Positions 38,619 to 51,600 of a stretch of 64,000 bases of DNA are shown here, piece after piece. The DNA is from Fistulifera solaris (lineage: Eukaryota). A program made the translations under genes and the position numbers. Every line of letters starts with the position of its first letter. The first letter of the stretch is position 1. The stretch covers positions 992,001-1,056,000 of the forward strand of contig AP026130.1 in the NCBI GenBank assembly GCA_030295235.1, given 5' to 3'. Under the pieces are notes generated by a model. It did not search any database. It saw only the letters and a list, made by a program, of their open reading frames with translations, and was not told the origin of the DNA.

Positions 38619-40482
38619 ATGATGAAACTCGTTTTACTTCCTCTTTTGTTCGGCTCCGCGACTTCGTTTGCACCCACACGACCTTCCCTTTGGACACCCA
38701 CCAAACTTGCGAGCACCACCGCAGATGCGACGTTTACCTCCGATGGCGCCAAGAGTCAAATCGGCAACAATTCTTTCTTGAATGAAGATTTGATGGCGCG
38801 AGCACAGAAAGGACCGGGCAAGAAAAATAAAGAGAAACTAAAGATCGGAATTGTCGGTGCTGGCCTGGCTGGAATGGTGGCCGCGATGGATTTGGCGGAT
38901 GCGGGGCATGACATTGAAATGTTTGAAGTACGACCCTATGTCGGTGGCAAAGTAAGCTCTTGGAAGGATAAAGACGGAAATCACATCGAAATGGGTCTTC
39001 ACGTTTTCTTCGGCTGCTACTATAATTTGTTCGGTATCATGAAACGCACCGGTTCGTTCGATACAGCGCTGCGCATCAAAGAACACACTCACACATTCGT
39101 CAACACCGGAGGAAGACTCGGTGCGCTCGATTTCCGCTTTCCCATTGGTGCTCCGGTCAGTGGTTTGCAGGCGTTTGCTCGTACAGAGCAGCTCGATTTG
39201 GCAGATAAGGCTGACAATGCCCTGCGTTTAGCGATTTCCCCATTGTTCGAGCACTTGTTGATTTTGATGGGGGTATGGATATGGTTCGAGAGCTGGATGA
39301 TATTACATTTACGGAATGGTTTACTGCTTTGGGAGGAAAGCGAGGAAGTCTCGATCGGATGTGGGATGCCATTGCTTACGCTCTCGGCTTTTTGGATTGT
39401 GATAGTATCAGCGCACGATGCATGTTGACTATTTTCATGCTCTTTGCTATCCGAACGGAAGCCAGTGTCTTGAGAATGCTGGATGGCAGTCCCCAAACTG
39501 GTCTGCATGATCCCATTATCAAGTATTTAGAGGACCGCAATGTGAAGATCAATTTGAGTACTCCAGTGCGAGATGTTGTTCACGACCTGGACCCGAAAAC
39601 GGGTTTGCCCACCCGAGTGCGAGGAATCAAAGTAGGACCCAGTGAATCCTTCCGCGAGTTCGATGTCGTAATTGCTGCCACCGATGTTCCAGGTATCAAA
39701 AGCTTCTTCCAGCGACCTTCCGACAGTACGAATTCTTTGACAAAATCTACAACTTGGATACGGTCCCCATTGCTACAGTCCAGGTTCGTTTCGATGGGTG
39801 GGTGACGGAGCTACAAGATGAGAAACGCATGATGGACGTTTCCGGTGATCAGAGCGATGGACGTGGAGCAGGAATTGACAATTTGCTGTACAGTGTGGAC
39901 ACGGAATTCTCGTGCTTTGCCGATTTGGCTCTCACGAGTCCAGGAGAGTACTACAAACCGGGAGAGGGCAGTCTCATCCAAGCTGTTTTTGATGAACGCG
40001 CATTCAAGCGCTCCAATGAACAGTTAGTAGAGGACTGCATCAAGCAATTGAACGACATCTTCCCTTCGTCACGCAAATTAAAGTGCACGTGGAGCTCCGT
40101 CGTCAAACTCGGCCAGAGCTTGTACCGCGAAAAACCTGGTCAGGATAAGTTCCGCCCGAAACAAGCCACTCCCATCCCGAACTTTTTCATGGCTGGCTCT
40201 TATACCTATCAGGATTATCTTGACTCGATGGAAGGCGCGACTCGCTCTGGACTCATGGTGGCCAACGAAATTATCGACCGAGCCGATGGCCCTGATGGAT
40301 TAAAGGCCCTGTCCGCAAAAAGCCAAGGAAACGGATCTATTCTTCGTAAGCTAACTAAAATACCTAAATACATATCTCGTTACGTCTTTTACTCTTCGCT
40401 TTGTTATGTACGATCGACGATCTCAAGAAGTCCATCGCATACATGGTCCGCCCTGTCGTCCCGTTCCTTACCTAACCGATAG
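38619..40482 (+). CDS. ZDS: Zeta-carotene desaturase, plastid-targeted (homopolymer frameshifts ~39240, ~39700; true stop may be 40354)
   Basis: ATS-FAP presequence; [59 protein letters not shown]. Confidence 0.93.
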
Positions 40483-41069
40483 GAGATAATTTATTTTAAT
40501 CAATCATTTTCTGACTTGATGTACGTTTCGTTGTCGTTAAATTGTTTTAGAATACAAGAAAAGAGGGACGAAAACAAAGATGCTCCGAGCTGAGAATTTT
40601 TCCTTACAACCCCCTTGCAAAATGTCACGGATTTTACTTATGAAAATGGAAGATTTTTCTCGGACTTTTTCTCGGATTACATTTAGCAAAATAAATCCAT
40701 AAAAGTAATATAAGTATTTATGTACCCTTGACATCTATAATCGAAGTTTGTTTTCGCAGCCACCCTTAAGGTTATGCAGCTTTTAACTGAGATAACCTTA
40801 ATTCATTTTTTAAATCGTTGGCCCTTTATGGTTTTCAACTTACACCTTTGACCACAGTGCGGAAGCGGCTTCAAATCATTAAATACAATTCGTGCAAGAC
40901 TACAAGTCAGCGTAGAGTGTAATCCGTGAATTTTCCAAGGTCTAAGGCAAAATTATTGAGCCTTTTTTTATTTCGCTTTCGACGACAATGAAGAGGGAGG
41001 TCGACGCAGGCTTCATACAAGAAACAAGACATCTCAACGTTCAGCAATAATCAACTACGCTTTAGAAGT

Positions 41070-41918
41070 ATGGGTAAGACGAGAAAAGGAAGTGAGGATC
41101 TCAGTAAGAAGCGAAACAGTCGTCAAGTCGTTCAAAATGGACCATCCGCGGATGGAGATCGTGATGAAAAACCAAAGAAGTTGAGATCGCGAATAACAAC
41201 CGATCGGTCCAGCAATATAGTTATTGACAGGAATGATCCGCTTTTGGAAGATGGTAGAGACAAACCACCCTTGGACGAGACTCCGGACGCGGAGACGGCG
41301 CAAGATGGAGCAGTTTGTGACAATGATGTCAATGAAAGTAGCGATGTCCGCGACGGTAAAGCACAGATAGGACACTGGGACCTCGATGATGCTCTTCGTT
41401 ATGTTGCATCTATGGGTGATGGATGCAAAGAGCCGCTTTCTAAAGATTTATATCTTTCGTTTCGTGTCGGTCATTCCGGCGACGTTTCCGCAATCGAAAA
41501 CTGCTACCGAATTGCAGACGGAAAGTCACTCAAAATGTTCGAAAAACCAAATGTTGAAGAACAGGAAATAAACAATGCAAACCAACAATCAGCAAGTTTC
41601 TCAAGCGAGGAGCTCCAAGCACATTTGATCAAGGCGCTGGGCGACGAAGTCAATCCTCCGTTTGTATTTGCTTTACTCGCGGAGGTTTCGTCCTCCGTCG
41701 ATGTTACCGCTCCAAGAAGCATCGCAGCAGCCGCATTACTTTCCAGTGAAAGTGTGCTTTCTATTATTCGTGTAGAATGGATGTATATTGATCAAGAGCT
41801 TGAAATTGCGGCGCTATTGGAGCGCAGACTTTGGTTGCGATTGTGTGCGCTCTCCGTTCTCATGTCGTGTGATTTGGTGGGTGCAACTCTCCCGAGAATC
41901 GACTTCGACAAGAAATAG
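41070..41918 (+). CDS. Hypothetical protein, possibly degenerate GNAT fold
   Basis: 282-aa ORF with a basic N-terminus; FRVGHSGDVSAI..FALLAE..IRVEWMYID..LERRL pattern reminiscent of GNAT strands. Confidence 0.55.
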   Translation: MGKTRKGSEDLSKKRNSRQVVQNGPSADGDRDEKPKKLRSRITTDRSSNIVIDRNDPLLEDGRDKPPLDETPDAETAQDGAVCDNDVNESSDVRDGKAQIGHWDLDDALRYVASMGDGCKEPLSKDLYLSFRVGHSGDVSAIENCYRIADGKSLKMFEKPNVEEQEINNANQQSASFSSEELQAHLIKALGDEVNPPFVFALLAEVSSSVDVTAPRSIAAAALLSSESVLSIIRVEWMYIDQELEIAALLERRLWLRLCALSVLMSCDLVGATLPRIDFDKK

Positions 41919-42043
41919 AAAACGGGGTGAGCGGATGACTAGAACTACGGCAGTAGACTACGACAGGATAGGAACGCGGAGGAAGCTGCATTTCCTATTC
42001 TATTGTAGTTTAAGAAGGTGAAAGGCAGAAGATGATCTTATTT

Positions 42044-43088
42044 TTATACAGGAGGAGTTCTGTATTTCTTTCGAGACATGAGAAACACGTCGTCCGGATC
42101 TTGTTCACCCAAACGCTTCGCGACCCAAGGATTGGGTACAACGCGAATCTCTCGCATACCCTGGTATCTATCTAGCTTGACAACGGTCTTGTCGCTCCCG
42201 TCGTCGTATTTCCCTATCACAATTCCTGTGCGTCCCTTATCGGGACCTTTGATTAACACAACCAAGTCTCGCACCAACGGCACATCTTTCTCTGGATCCG
42301 CATACACCAACGTTTCATCGGAAATTCCCTGAAAATACGTTTCCAACGATATTGTGTTATCATAATACGTGTAAATGCCTCCTACTCGTATATAGCGATC
42401 AAAGTGAAGTGACATTTCGGAATACGCGATATACGCAGCATCCAGTGACCGTCGTTGCACGGCTCCCTTGAATCGTTCGAGTGAAGCGAAAAATCGTCCC
42501 ACTTCATAGCGCAATGCCACCCGGAGACCCTTGTCCGTGGGAGCATCGGTGGGAAAGGCGGCATCGGTATATGTCGTAAATACGGGTACATAAGATCGTA
42601 AGACCGCCGGATACTTTTCGACCAAATCCCATCGTTCTTGCATTAAATCTCGTTGCAATTCGTCCTTTTGTAAAACAGTGAGTGACAAAGAAAACAAGAT
42701 TATAGAACAGTGTAGGAACGGAACGTACCAGTACAGTACCAATCGATCTTATTTTCGCGACGAGACCGGAATTTCGTTTCGTTCGGGGTCCATAAGGATC
42801 CATGATATTATTGTTCGTTGTCGTTAATTTGGTGTCGGATACGGCAAGAGCATTCGGCGCCGATAAAACAAATCCCATACAAACCATTTGCGAAAAAAGA
42901 GTTCTTCGGTTTAAGGAAAAGTTCGGTAGAGATGAAACAGGATCTTTATCTTTGATTCGTAGATGCTTCGGATCGGCGTGAGGATGATGATTCGTCGACG
43001 ACTCGGCCCAACTTTGCACAGTGGGTATGCCCAATGTTAATAGTATTGTTGCAACATGTACCAGTTGCGATCGACACATGATAATCAC
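42044..43088 (-). CDS. Predicted thylakoid-lumen protein, PsbQ-like helical bundle plus C-terminal KOW-like domain; intron ~42665-42728
   Basis: Signal (TVQS-W), twin-Arg LNRRTLF..APNALA; helical region ..FFASLERFKGAVQRRSLDAAYIAYSEMSLHFDRY; DLVVLIKGPDKGRTGIVI (KOW). Confidence 0.65.
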
Positions 43089-43386
43089 GAGATTGTTTCT
43101 TTTGATATATCTATGAATAATGGTCTTCTCTTGTTCTTAAGTCGATTACAACAAAAAGGATTCTTGATTCAAGAAGCAAATAATGTTTCTGAAAGAAAGA
43201 AAAAAATATTTGTGCCAAAAGAGAAAAACCAGTGGAAAATTCAGTCAAATGTCGAAAAAGCATCCGCATTTCAGGAAAATTAGGAATAAATATTTAACAA
43301 TAAAGAAGACTTCTTTCAAATGAAAAAAAAAAAATAATGTGTGTGTGTCAATAACGCAAAAAATCCGATCCCTCTTTTGGTCCACA

Positions 43387-43400
43387 CGATGACGTCATCG
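43387..43400. promoter_or_regulatory. Perfect 14-bp palindrome CGATGACGTCATCG (CRE/bZIP-type site) in a divergent promoter
   Basis: Seen directly between the two plastid-protein genes starting at 43088(-) and 43516(+). Confidence 0.45.
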
Positions 43401-43515
43401 AGGACGAGCTGACGCGGCCGCGCGAGAGATCGCATTCGCTCTCCAGCTGCGACAGAATTCGTTTGCGTTTATTATTCTTGTTGTTGATGATGACTCAAAA
43501 TACTAGATACATACC

Positions 43516-44139
43516 ATGAGAAATCCTTCGTTGACAATCTACTTCATCACAGTATTACTGTATGTTCTTCAGTCCGGCGTTACGGCTTGGATTCAACACC
43601 AGCGACCATCCTCGATCCGATCGAAAACAACACCATGGATGACTTCGGTCGAAACACCCACCATGCTCCCTCCACGCGTCGTTTCAAGACGAGTCTTCCA
43701 AAACGACCAACGCCCCGTCGTATTGTTTGATGGCGTGTGCAATCTCTGCAACAATGCCGTCAATTTGGCACTGGACTGGGATCCGCAGGGACGGTTGCGG
43801 TTTGCCGCCTTGCAAAGTGCGGTCGGTCGATCCTTGTTGCAAACCCACGGTCGTCAAGCGGATGATATCAGTAGCATTGTTCTCGTCAATGCCGATGGCG
43901 CGTACATCAAATCCGATGCCATTCTCAAAATCACCGAAGCACTGTCTCCTCCCTTTCTGCCGGCCCGGGAAGTGGCGCTGTTGGGTCGTTTCCTGGTGCC
44001 GGCGGTTGTACGGGATTTGATCTACGATCAAGTCGCAGATAATCGGTATCAACTCATGGGAAAACGGGATGTTTGTCGTTTTGATGCGGATAATGAGTTT
44101 GCGGATCGATTTGTTTCAGATAGTTTGGCGTATGAATGA
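43516..44139 (+). CDS. DCC-family (DUF393) thiol-disulfide oxidoreductase, plastid-targeted
   Basis: VVLFDGVCNLC (DxxCxxC), RFAALQS, VRDLIYDQVADNRY; signal ending VTA-W. Confidence 0.9.
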   Translation: MRNPSLTIYFITVLLYVLQSGVTAWIQHQRPSSIRSKTTPWMTSVETPTMLPPRVVSRRVFQNDQRPVVLFDGVCNLCNNAVNLALDWDPQGRLRFAALQSAVGRSLLQTHGRQADDISSIVLVNADGAYIKSDAILKITEALSPPFLPAREVALLGRFLVPAVVRDLIYDQVADNRYQLMGKRDVCRFDADNEFADRFVSDSLAYE

Positions 44140-44189
44140 ATGAATGAAATAATAAGCAACGGATAAGTACTTTAAGACTAATGCTGAGC

Positions 44190-44924
44190 GTAACGGGACC
44201 CGAAAACATCCAAAGGATCAACAATGCAACGCTTGTAATATTTCTGCCTCCAGAACTCACGTAGGCCTCGGTAAGGAAATTTATCGACAGAGGGGGAACC
44301 CGGAAACTCAAGAAGTTTGACCAATCCATTTTTCGGGTCTCATTAATAGCGGCATCATTATTTCTGACATCGCCAACAGTGTAAATGCATATTGCTAGCT
44401 TATATTGGAGTGCAACGGGACCCGAAAACATCCAAAGGATCAAAAATGCAACGCTTGTAATATTTCTGCGTAGAACTCACGTAGGCCTCTGTAAGGAAAT
44501 TTATCGACAGAGGGGGAACCCGGAAACTCAAGAAGTTTGACCGATCCATTTTTCGGGTCTCATTAATAGCGGCATCAATTCTGACATCTCCAACAGTGTG
44601 TATGCATATTGCTAGCTTAGGGTATATGGAGCGCAACGGGAGCCGAAAACATCCAAAGGATCAAAAATGCAACGCTTGTAATATTTCTGCGTAGAACTCA
44701 CGTAGCCTCGGTAAGGAAATTTATCGACAGAGGGGGAACCCGGAAACTCAAGAAGTTTGACCGATCCATTTTTCGGGTCTCATTAATAGCGGCATCAATT
44801 CTGACATCTCCAACAGTGTAAATGCATTTTGCTAGCTTATATGGGAGCGCAACGGGAGCCGAAAACATCCAAAGGATCAACAATGCAACGCTTGTAATAT
44901 TTCTGCGTAGAACTCACGTAGGCC
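44190..44924 (+). repeat. Tandem array, ~3.3 near-identical copies of a ~220-bp unit
   Basis: aacggg..ccgaaaacatccaaaggatc starts at 44192, 44414, 44635, 44851. Confidence 0.95.
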
Positions 44925-45629
44925 ATTGTCTTTAGTAAGTCGTGGCGAAATACGGACAACCACTCTGGACTATAGTAGTAAATGATGTTGCCTTTATTGG
45001 AAGCAGACGGATTTTCTGAATGAAGAGAGCTTTTTTTGAAGCAGCCGCAAAAATGTTGAGATCCTCATTATTATTGCTGTCAAACGATTGATTATTCTCG
45101 AGCTTCTTTGCATCTTTTGCCTTGCCTGGCTTTTTTTATTATCTCACAACGACTATTGAAAATGCGGTGGGATGTGCAATCGGATTTTGCATTGTTAGAT
45201 GCTGCACTCTTGACACAAACGTCAGATACCGCAGATCGCCAGCGATCAAGCAGCAAGGCGTCCGTCAATTCTTACGTGTCGCCGTTAATTGCCATTCATC
45301 AATCAATTCGAAGGAAAAATCCGGTTGCTGCTGCGGCCGCGTCGACACCAGTGGTCCGAATCAACTATTTATGAACGATGATTTGCGAGCGGATGATTTG
45401 TCTTCTTCGGATCTCTTTGATTCGACTGATCCGTGGGAGTCTACATTATCGCCGTCGCGCGCTCCGAAGTATACAATCAAGACTCTAAGTGAAGAGAACA
45501 TCGTGGATTCGGAAGGAATGGGAGACGAAAAATCAATTGAGGAGTGTTCTTGTCGATACATTGGCCGTCGGAGTAGTATCCAAGGAGGAACGTCAGATAT
45601 ATGCGCCCATTGTGGGGAAACGACGGACG

Positions 45630-48600
45630 ATGTCGTCGGGTGAACTACGGCGACATCGATCTGTCAGCGTATCTCAGCAGCTACAAACCCATTTGTCGCA
45701 ACTGCAAAAGGAAGCCATGCGGCAAGATCCACAACACGCACAGGCCCTACTCCAGACGACGCCACAACTTCGATTCATCTGCCCGGCATCCACGGATATG
45801 CAAGCCGCTGGTCACTTGAGCGACATGAATCTGCTACAACGCTCGCTCATCCCACTGGTTCAGTTGATGGACGGGCAGGCGGATGGTTCGAGTATGGCCC
45901 GGACGCCAGGATCTCCATTGATGCCGGGAATGTCGGAATACAAAGACAGTTTGCTCCGTGATCGCGCGAATCATCAAGCAGCCTCCGAGCTCGCGTCTCT
46001 TATGTGGGTATTGGCTCACGAGATGAGCCAAGAAGATTTCTTTGCCGTAGAGTCTCAAGTATTTACGGAAGTCTTTGGTCTGGTTCATTCATCGGACAAG
46101 CAACTTCGAATGGCTGGATTGGCCGCCTTGGATGCTCTTCTGGCGGCCCCGTCTGCAGATGAAGAGAAGAAATCGATCAAGTGTGCCAATACCTTGTCGG
46201 CGGGACTGCGAGCTGCCAATGGTGACTTCGAATACCTTTCGGCGGTTTCGCTTGCTCTGGGGCACATGGCAACACGCACCGCGAACGTTGATTTGGTCGA
46301 GTGCGAAGTGTCACGTGCATTGGAGTGGTTGAGTTCGGAGCGCTCGGATCGAAGGTGAGTCAAATCGTCATGGCGACGTGAATGCGATAGCTCTTACATC
46401 TTCATTTGTCGGTCAGACTTGCGGCTTGTCTTTCCTTGAAACAATTGGCGATCAATGCTCCAACTACTTTTCATTCCAAGACAAGTCAGTCTACGTTAGG
46501 TCAAGGAGGTTCCAACGAATTCTTGGATCAAATTTTCCAGGCCATTCGCGATCCACAGCCTATTGTTCGTGCATGTGCAGCGGATGCGCTTTCTCAATGT
46601 CTAAAAATCATTGTCGAAAGAAAGCATTTTTCGATGACGGGATTGCTTTGTCAGGTATATTTTGCTTTAATGGAAGGATTGGATCAAGATTTTACCCGCA
46701 AGAAACGACCTCGACAGGCTGTCATGGCTGCTGAGGCATCTCAGCACGGTTCATTGCTGGTGGTCTCTACGATGCTCACATTGACAGGCGACTTCATGTT
46801 ACCCAGGTATGAAGAAGTATGCCGGGCGGTACTCGCGTGTCGCTATCACGACAAAGCGTTGATCCGCCTTGAGGTTATTCGTTTGCTTCCTCGTCTTGCC
46901 AACGCAAATCCAAAAGTTTTTGGTAGACGTTTTCTTGAAGATGCCCTTACGTTCTTGATCGAGTCCGCTTCGAACCCAACTGCCCCTCGCGTTGGAGTTG
47001 ACGTTCGTCCATCGGCTTATAAAGCGATTGGGGAACTCATTCTGGCAATGATGGACGAGGAAACAGGACAGGTTATCGGATCCTTAAACGCACCCACAAT
47101 CAAAATGATATCTGATCCGAAAGGTCCGGCTTCGGGGACGATTGTTGAGTTGAAGGCTCAGGGGATAGTGTACGAGAAGTTGCCTGATATTTTCTATCTC
47201 GTTAAGGCTGGCCTGAAATCTTCTTATGATATACCGGTTAGTTCGCAGACGATGAAGAAGGGTGATTCGTTAAAGCTTTCTCTAAGTCCGGTTCTTCATT
47301 GTGCTGCAAATCTTGTGGCTGCTTTGGGTGATTTGGCCAAGCCTTATGTTCCGGATTTAATTGATGACATGTTCCGAGCAGGGTTGAGCAACGACTTGAT
47401 TCGTTGTTTACAATCCATAGCCCAGTGTGTCCCTGACCAGCAAGAGGTTATTGAGGACAGAATGCTCCAAGAAGTTTCCATTTGCTTAGCTGGATTAAGG
47501 GATGTTTATGACCCCCTCTCGTCGAGTATCATCTCCGGATCAAATTTTCCTCTTACTATGCAAACGTCAAATGGGAACAGAATGAGTGCACCAGGCAAGG
47601 GAACCGACAAAATTCAAATCCAAATGTCGGGCGAGCCTGCTGTTGTGCATTCTTTGGTCCTCAGTCTGCAGACACTTGCTTCGTTTGGTGGGACGATTCG
47701 TAAGACAAAAGCATCAGGCAGCGCCGTTCCTCTCCCTTCCCTTTGTGGAAAATGTAGCTTCCCGTTATCTTGCTCATCCATCGAGTGAAGTTAGGAGAGC
47801 AGCTGCGCTGACTTGCTGCGCTCTTCTACTGCCATTTGAACTTGCATATAAAAGCCGACTTGGAGGGCATACCGGTGTCATTGTTGATAACGTACTTGAA
47901 AGTTTGCTCAGGGTGGCTGTGTCGGATCCCTCTGGATCGGTACGAATATGCGTTGTCCAGGCGCTCGATTCGCGCTATGATTCATTCTTGTGTCAGCGAC
48001 ACCACCTCTCTGAACTCTTCGTACTGTTGCAAGACGAAAACTTCGCTGTACGCACGGCGGGTCTCCGGCTCCTTGGACGTCTTGCTGCAATCAATCCTGC
48101 TACGATACTCCCAGTTATGCGCCGCTTTCTAATCGACTCGATCGTTGAAATGCAATGCGGAATCTACAGCGGTAGAGGAAGAGAAGAAGCCACGCGTTTA
48201 TGCGTTGTATTTTTAAAGGCCAAACCGCTGCAGCGACTAGTACAACCTGTGCTGCCGTCGCTGATAGATGCCTTGCCATTCCATGGCGCCGCTCCGCCAC
48301 GACTAGCTTCGGCTTCTTTGGAAGCTCTTGGTGAGTTAGCCTTGGCGAGTGGCGTTGCCCTAAAGCCATGGTTAAAAGATCTTGTTCCTCGTGTCCTTGA
48401 GATTATGGAGGACCAAAGTAGTGCAAGCAAGCAAAGGACAAGTCTAAGAACCCTGGGTCAAATCGCAAGTGCCACAGGATACGTTATCAAGCCTTATTTG
48501 GATCACCCGGGGCTTTTGCTACAAGCGACAGACATTTTGCCTGCAACAAAGAGAGCCCCTTGGTCGCTTCGTCGAGAAGTTATTCGTACACTAGGAATAT

Positions 48601-51600
48601 TCGGAGCGTTGGATCCTGACATGCAGTTAAGCGCTGCATCAAAGGCGAGAAAAGGGGGAGCTGTTGGAGGGGCTTACTTCGAGGAAGCGGACTTTCGCGA
48701 TCAAGGACAAATGGATCAGGACGAAGGAAATGATCACTTGTCGCCCACGAACCCGGAAGAAAAACAACGGATAAATGGTACACAAGAATATCTCATCGAA
48801 AACGACGAGAATCTCCCCGCGTATCTATTCATGCACGAACAGTATGCCATGTTTGCCCAACCCATGTCGGAGCTTATTCCTGCCAAACGCATATCACCAG
48901 CAGATGAAGACTTTTACCCGACAGTTGCTGTACAAGCTTTGATGAGAATATTCAAAGATCCCAATTTAACTGTTCACCACAGCTTGGTGATTCAAGCTGT
49001 CATGTATATTTTCAAATCGATGGGACTTGGATGTGTTTCCTACCTTCATAAGGTTGTTCCTCACATGATCTCGTCGATCCGAACATGTGTTTCAAACAGT
49101 CTGAGAGAGTCTATCTTAAAGCAGCTTGCTAGGCTCAGTCTTATTGTTCGAGAACATCTCAGACCCTACGTAGCAGACATCTTCGATGTGGCTGAAAGCC
49201 TGTGGTCATCACGACATCTTGCCACAGTCTTCAACTTAATTTCAAATATTGCAGTAGGAGTTCCGGATGCTTTCCACAAATTCATACCCAGGCTAATTCG
49301 GAGGTTACTGTCTACTTTTGATGATTTGCAGGTGGCTGACTGGACCGAAAGTGAAAAGCGAAACCCGTTGAATAGAGGAAAAGAAGGGACCGAGCGCCTA
49401 CAACTGCTCCTTTTCAGTCTCTCAAGTTTGAAGGGGGTGCTTAGCGACTATCTGCATATTCTCATTCCAGCATTACTCAAACTAGCCGATGCTTTGGCGT
49501 CGCTTGGATTAAATCTCGATGCGGGCATTCCTGAAAAAACTCTCAACGATCTTTCCGTTATGGCATTTCGTACTATATCAATTCTGATTGAGAGCAAGAA
49601 CGCTGCGAACAACAGGGTACCTTCAACATACAAAGGCCATAGCCAATATGATGTCAGGTTTCGAGAAAGTTCGGAGAAAGGATTGCCTTCCCGAGTCGTA
49701 CAGCCAATCACCCGACTCCTCAGAGACAAACCTCCTCACAGCATCCCAGTCTGTTTAGTCATGGTTGAAACATTGTGTGTGTGTGCGAGACTCATTGGTG
49801 TATCAACGTGGTTGAAGCTTTACGACAAGGAAGTACGCCATGCGCTTTTTGAATGGCAAGTTGGCTATCGCATTGCTGCTATGAATCTTGCGACTTTCAC
49901 CTTGGATGTGGTCGGAGATGATCACCCTCGGTGCCTTCAGGTGTATGACGACTTTCTGCAAAGTTTTAAAAACATCGACGATCGATCAGCAGCAAATGCC
50001 TTTAATTTTGCAACGAGATTTACTTCGACGCCGAACGCAATATACATTTCAAGCATCGACGACACGCCTGAGGCTTATGAACAGCAAATGATTCTGTCAA
50101 GCCCCGCTGGGGCAACGAAACACAAAGTGAATCAACGCAATCTTCAACGAGCATGGGACGTCTCCCAGCGGTCATCTCGTGATGACTGGGACGAATGGAT
50201 GCGTAGATTTTCCATTCAACTCCTACGAGAAGCACCCGCTCCCGCATTAAGAAGTACAGCTAGTTTGGCCCAAGCATATCAGCCACTAGCTCGGGAACTC
50301 TTCAGTGCTGCGTTCGCTTGTTGTTGGAACGAGCTCAGCAATCCGTTTAAGGCAAATCTTGTACATGCACTGAAAACAGCTTTCGTTGCTGACGTTTCAC
50401 CTGAAATACTACAAGCACTCCTTAACCTGGCTGAATTTATGGAATACGATTCTTCTGGTGGACTTCCAATTGAAATACCAGTTCTTGCGGATTTGTCTTT
50501 GAAATGCCGTGCTTATGGCAAAGCACTTCATTACAAAGAACGAGAATATTCTCAGGGTGGAGGTTCTTCTTGCATCGAATCTTTGATCAGCATCAATAGA
50601 AAACTAGACTTGCACGGTAAGTTTACTGCAAAGCAATTCCGCTTTTTACCATTAACAATACATTCACCGTCACAATGCAACAGAGGCCGCTCTGGGTATT
50701 CTAAAAGCGTCGACTATGAAAGACGTGCGTCCCGATGACATACCCTCGACAAGTTTATCTACGAGATTCTCACGTCATCACGCGCGCGATATGTTCTACT
50801 CTGTTATTTGGAGCACTGAAGAACACCAACAGTCGAAAACAGATGCTGCGGATATGACAGCAAAAGAGGAGTTGTGGTTAGCCAGGCTTGGTTCATGGAC
50901 CGATGCTTTAGCTGTTTACGAAAATAAGTTGAGCAGGAATCCAAACGACCCCGAAGCAATTTTAGGTTGCATGCGATGCCTAGGAGCAGTTGGTGAGTGG
51001 AGAAAGGTGCTTGAGCTAGCGCATGAGAACTGGGGTATAATGAGTGGTACATTGAACAAACTTGGAGACGGTGTTGGGCATGCTCATACGAACCCGAGAT
51101 CTAAGCGAAAAGCTTTGAGAATCTGCGCTCAATCTGCCTGGAGACTTGGACAATGGGACAAACTTGAAAAGTTTGCCACACAACTTGTCGGAAGTTCCAG
51201 TCATCAGCCACATCAACCAATTTACTCTTCTGTCGACTATGATGGTGCCTTCTACAGTGCTGTGTTACACGTGCATCGAAAAGAGTGGGGCCCCGCCGCC
51301 GAAGCGATTGATGGGGCCCGAAAAGCTATGGACAGCAGGCTTACTGCCTTAATGGCCGAGTCGTATAGTCGCGCCTATCCAAGTATGGTAACAGCTCAAA
51401 CCCTAGCGGAAATGGAAGAGATAATAGAATTCCATAAGCTCGAGGAACATGCTTTGTCAAGCGACAATCAGCATCCTGCAAACCGTCCTGATGCAGAAAG
51501 AGCCCGAGCTCGCTTATTATCAGTTTGGAGGGATCGACTCGCTGGATGTCGTATGGATGCTGACGTACATGCGTCTATACTTGCTGTTCGGTCGCTCGTC

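Noticed and set aside
21998..44139. Functional clustering of redox and plastid genes (Trx, nucleoredoxin, DCC, ZDS)
   Set aside because: They are interspersed with unrelated genes, and these classes are common in diatom genomes.
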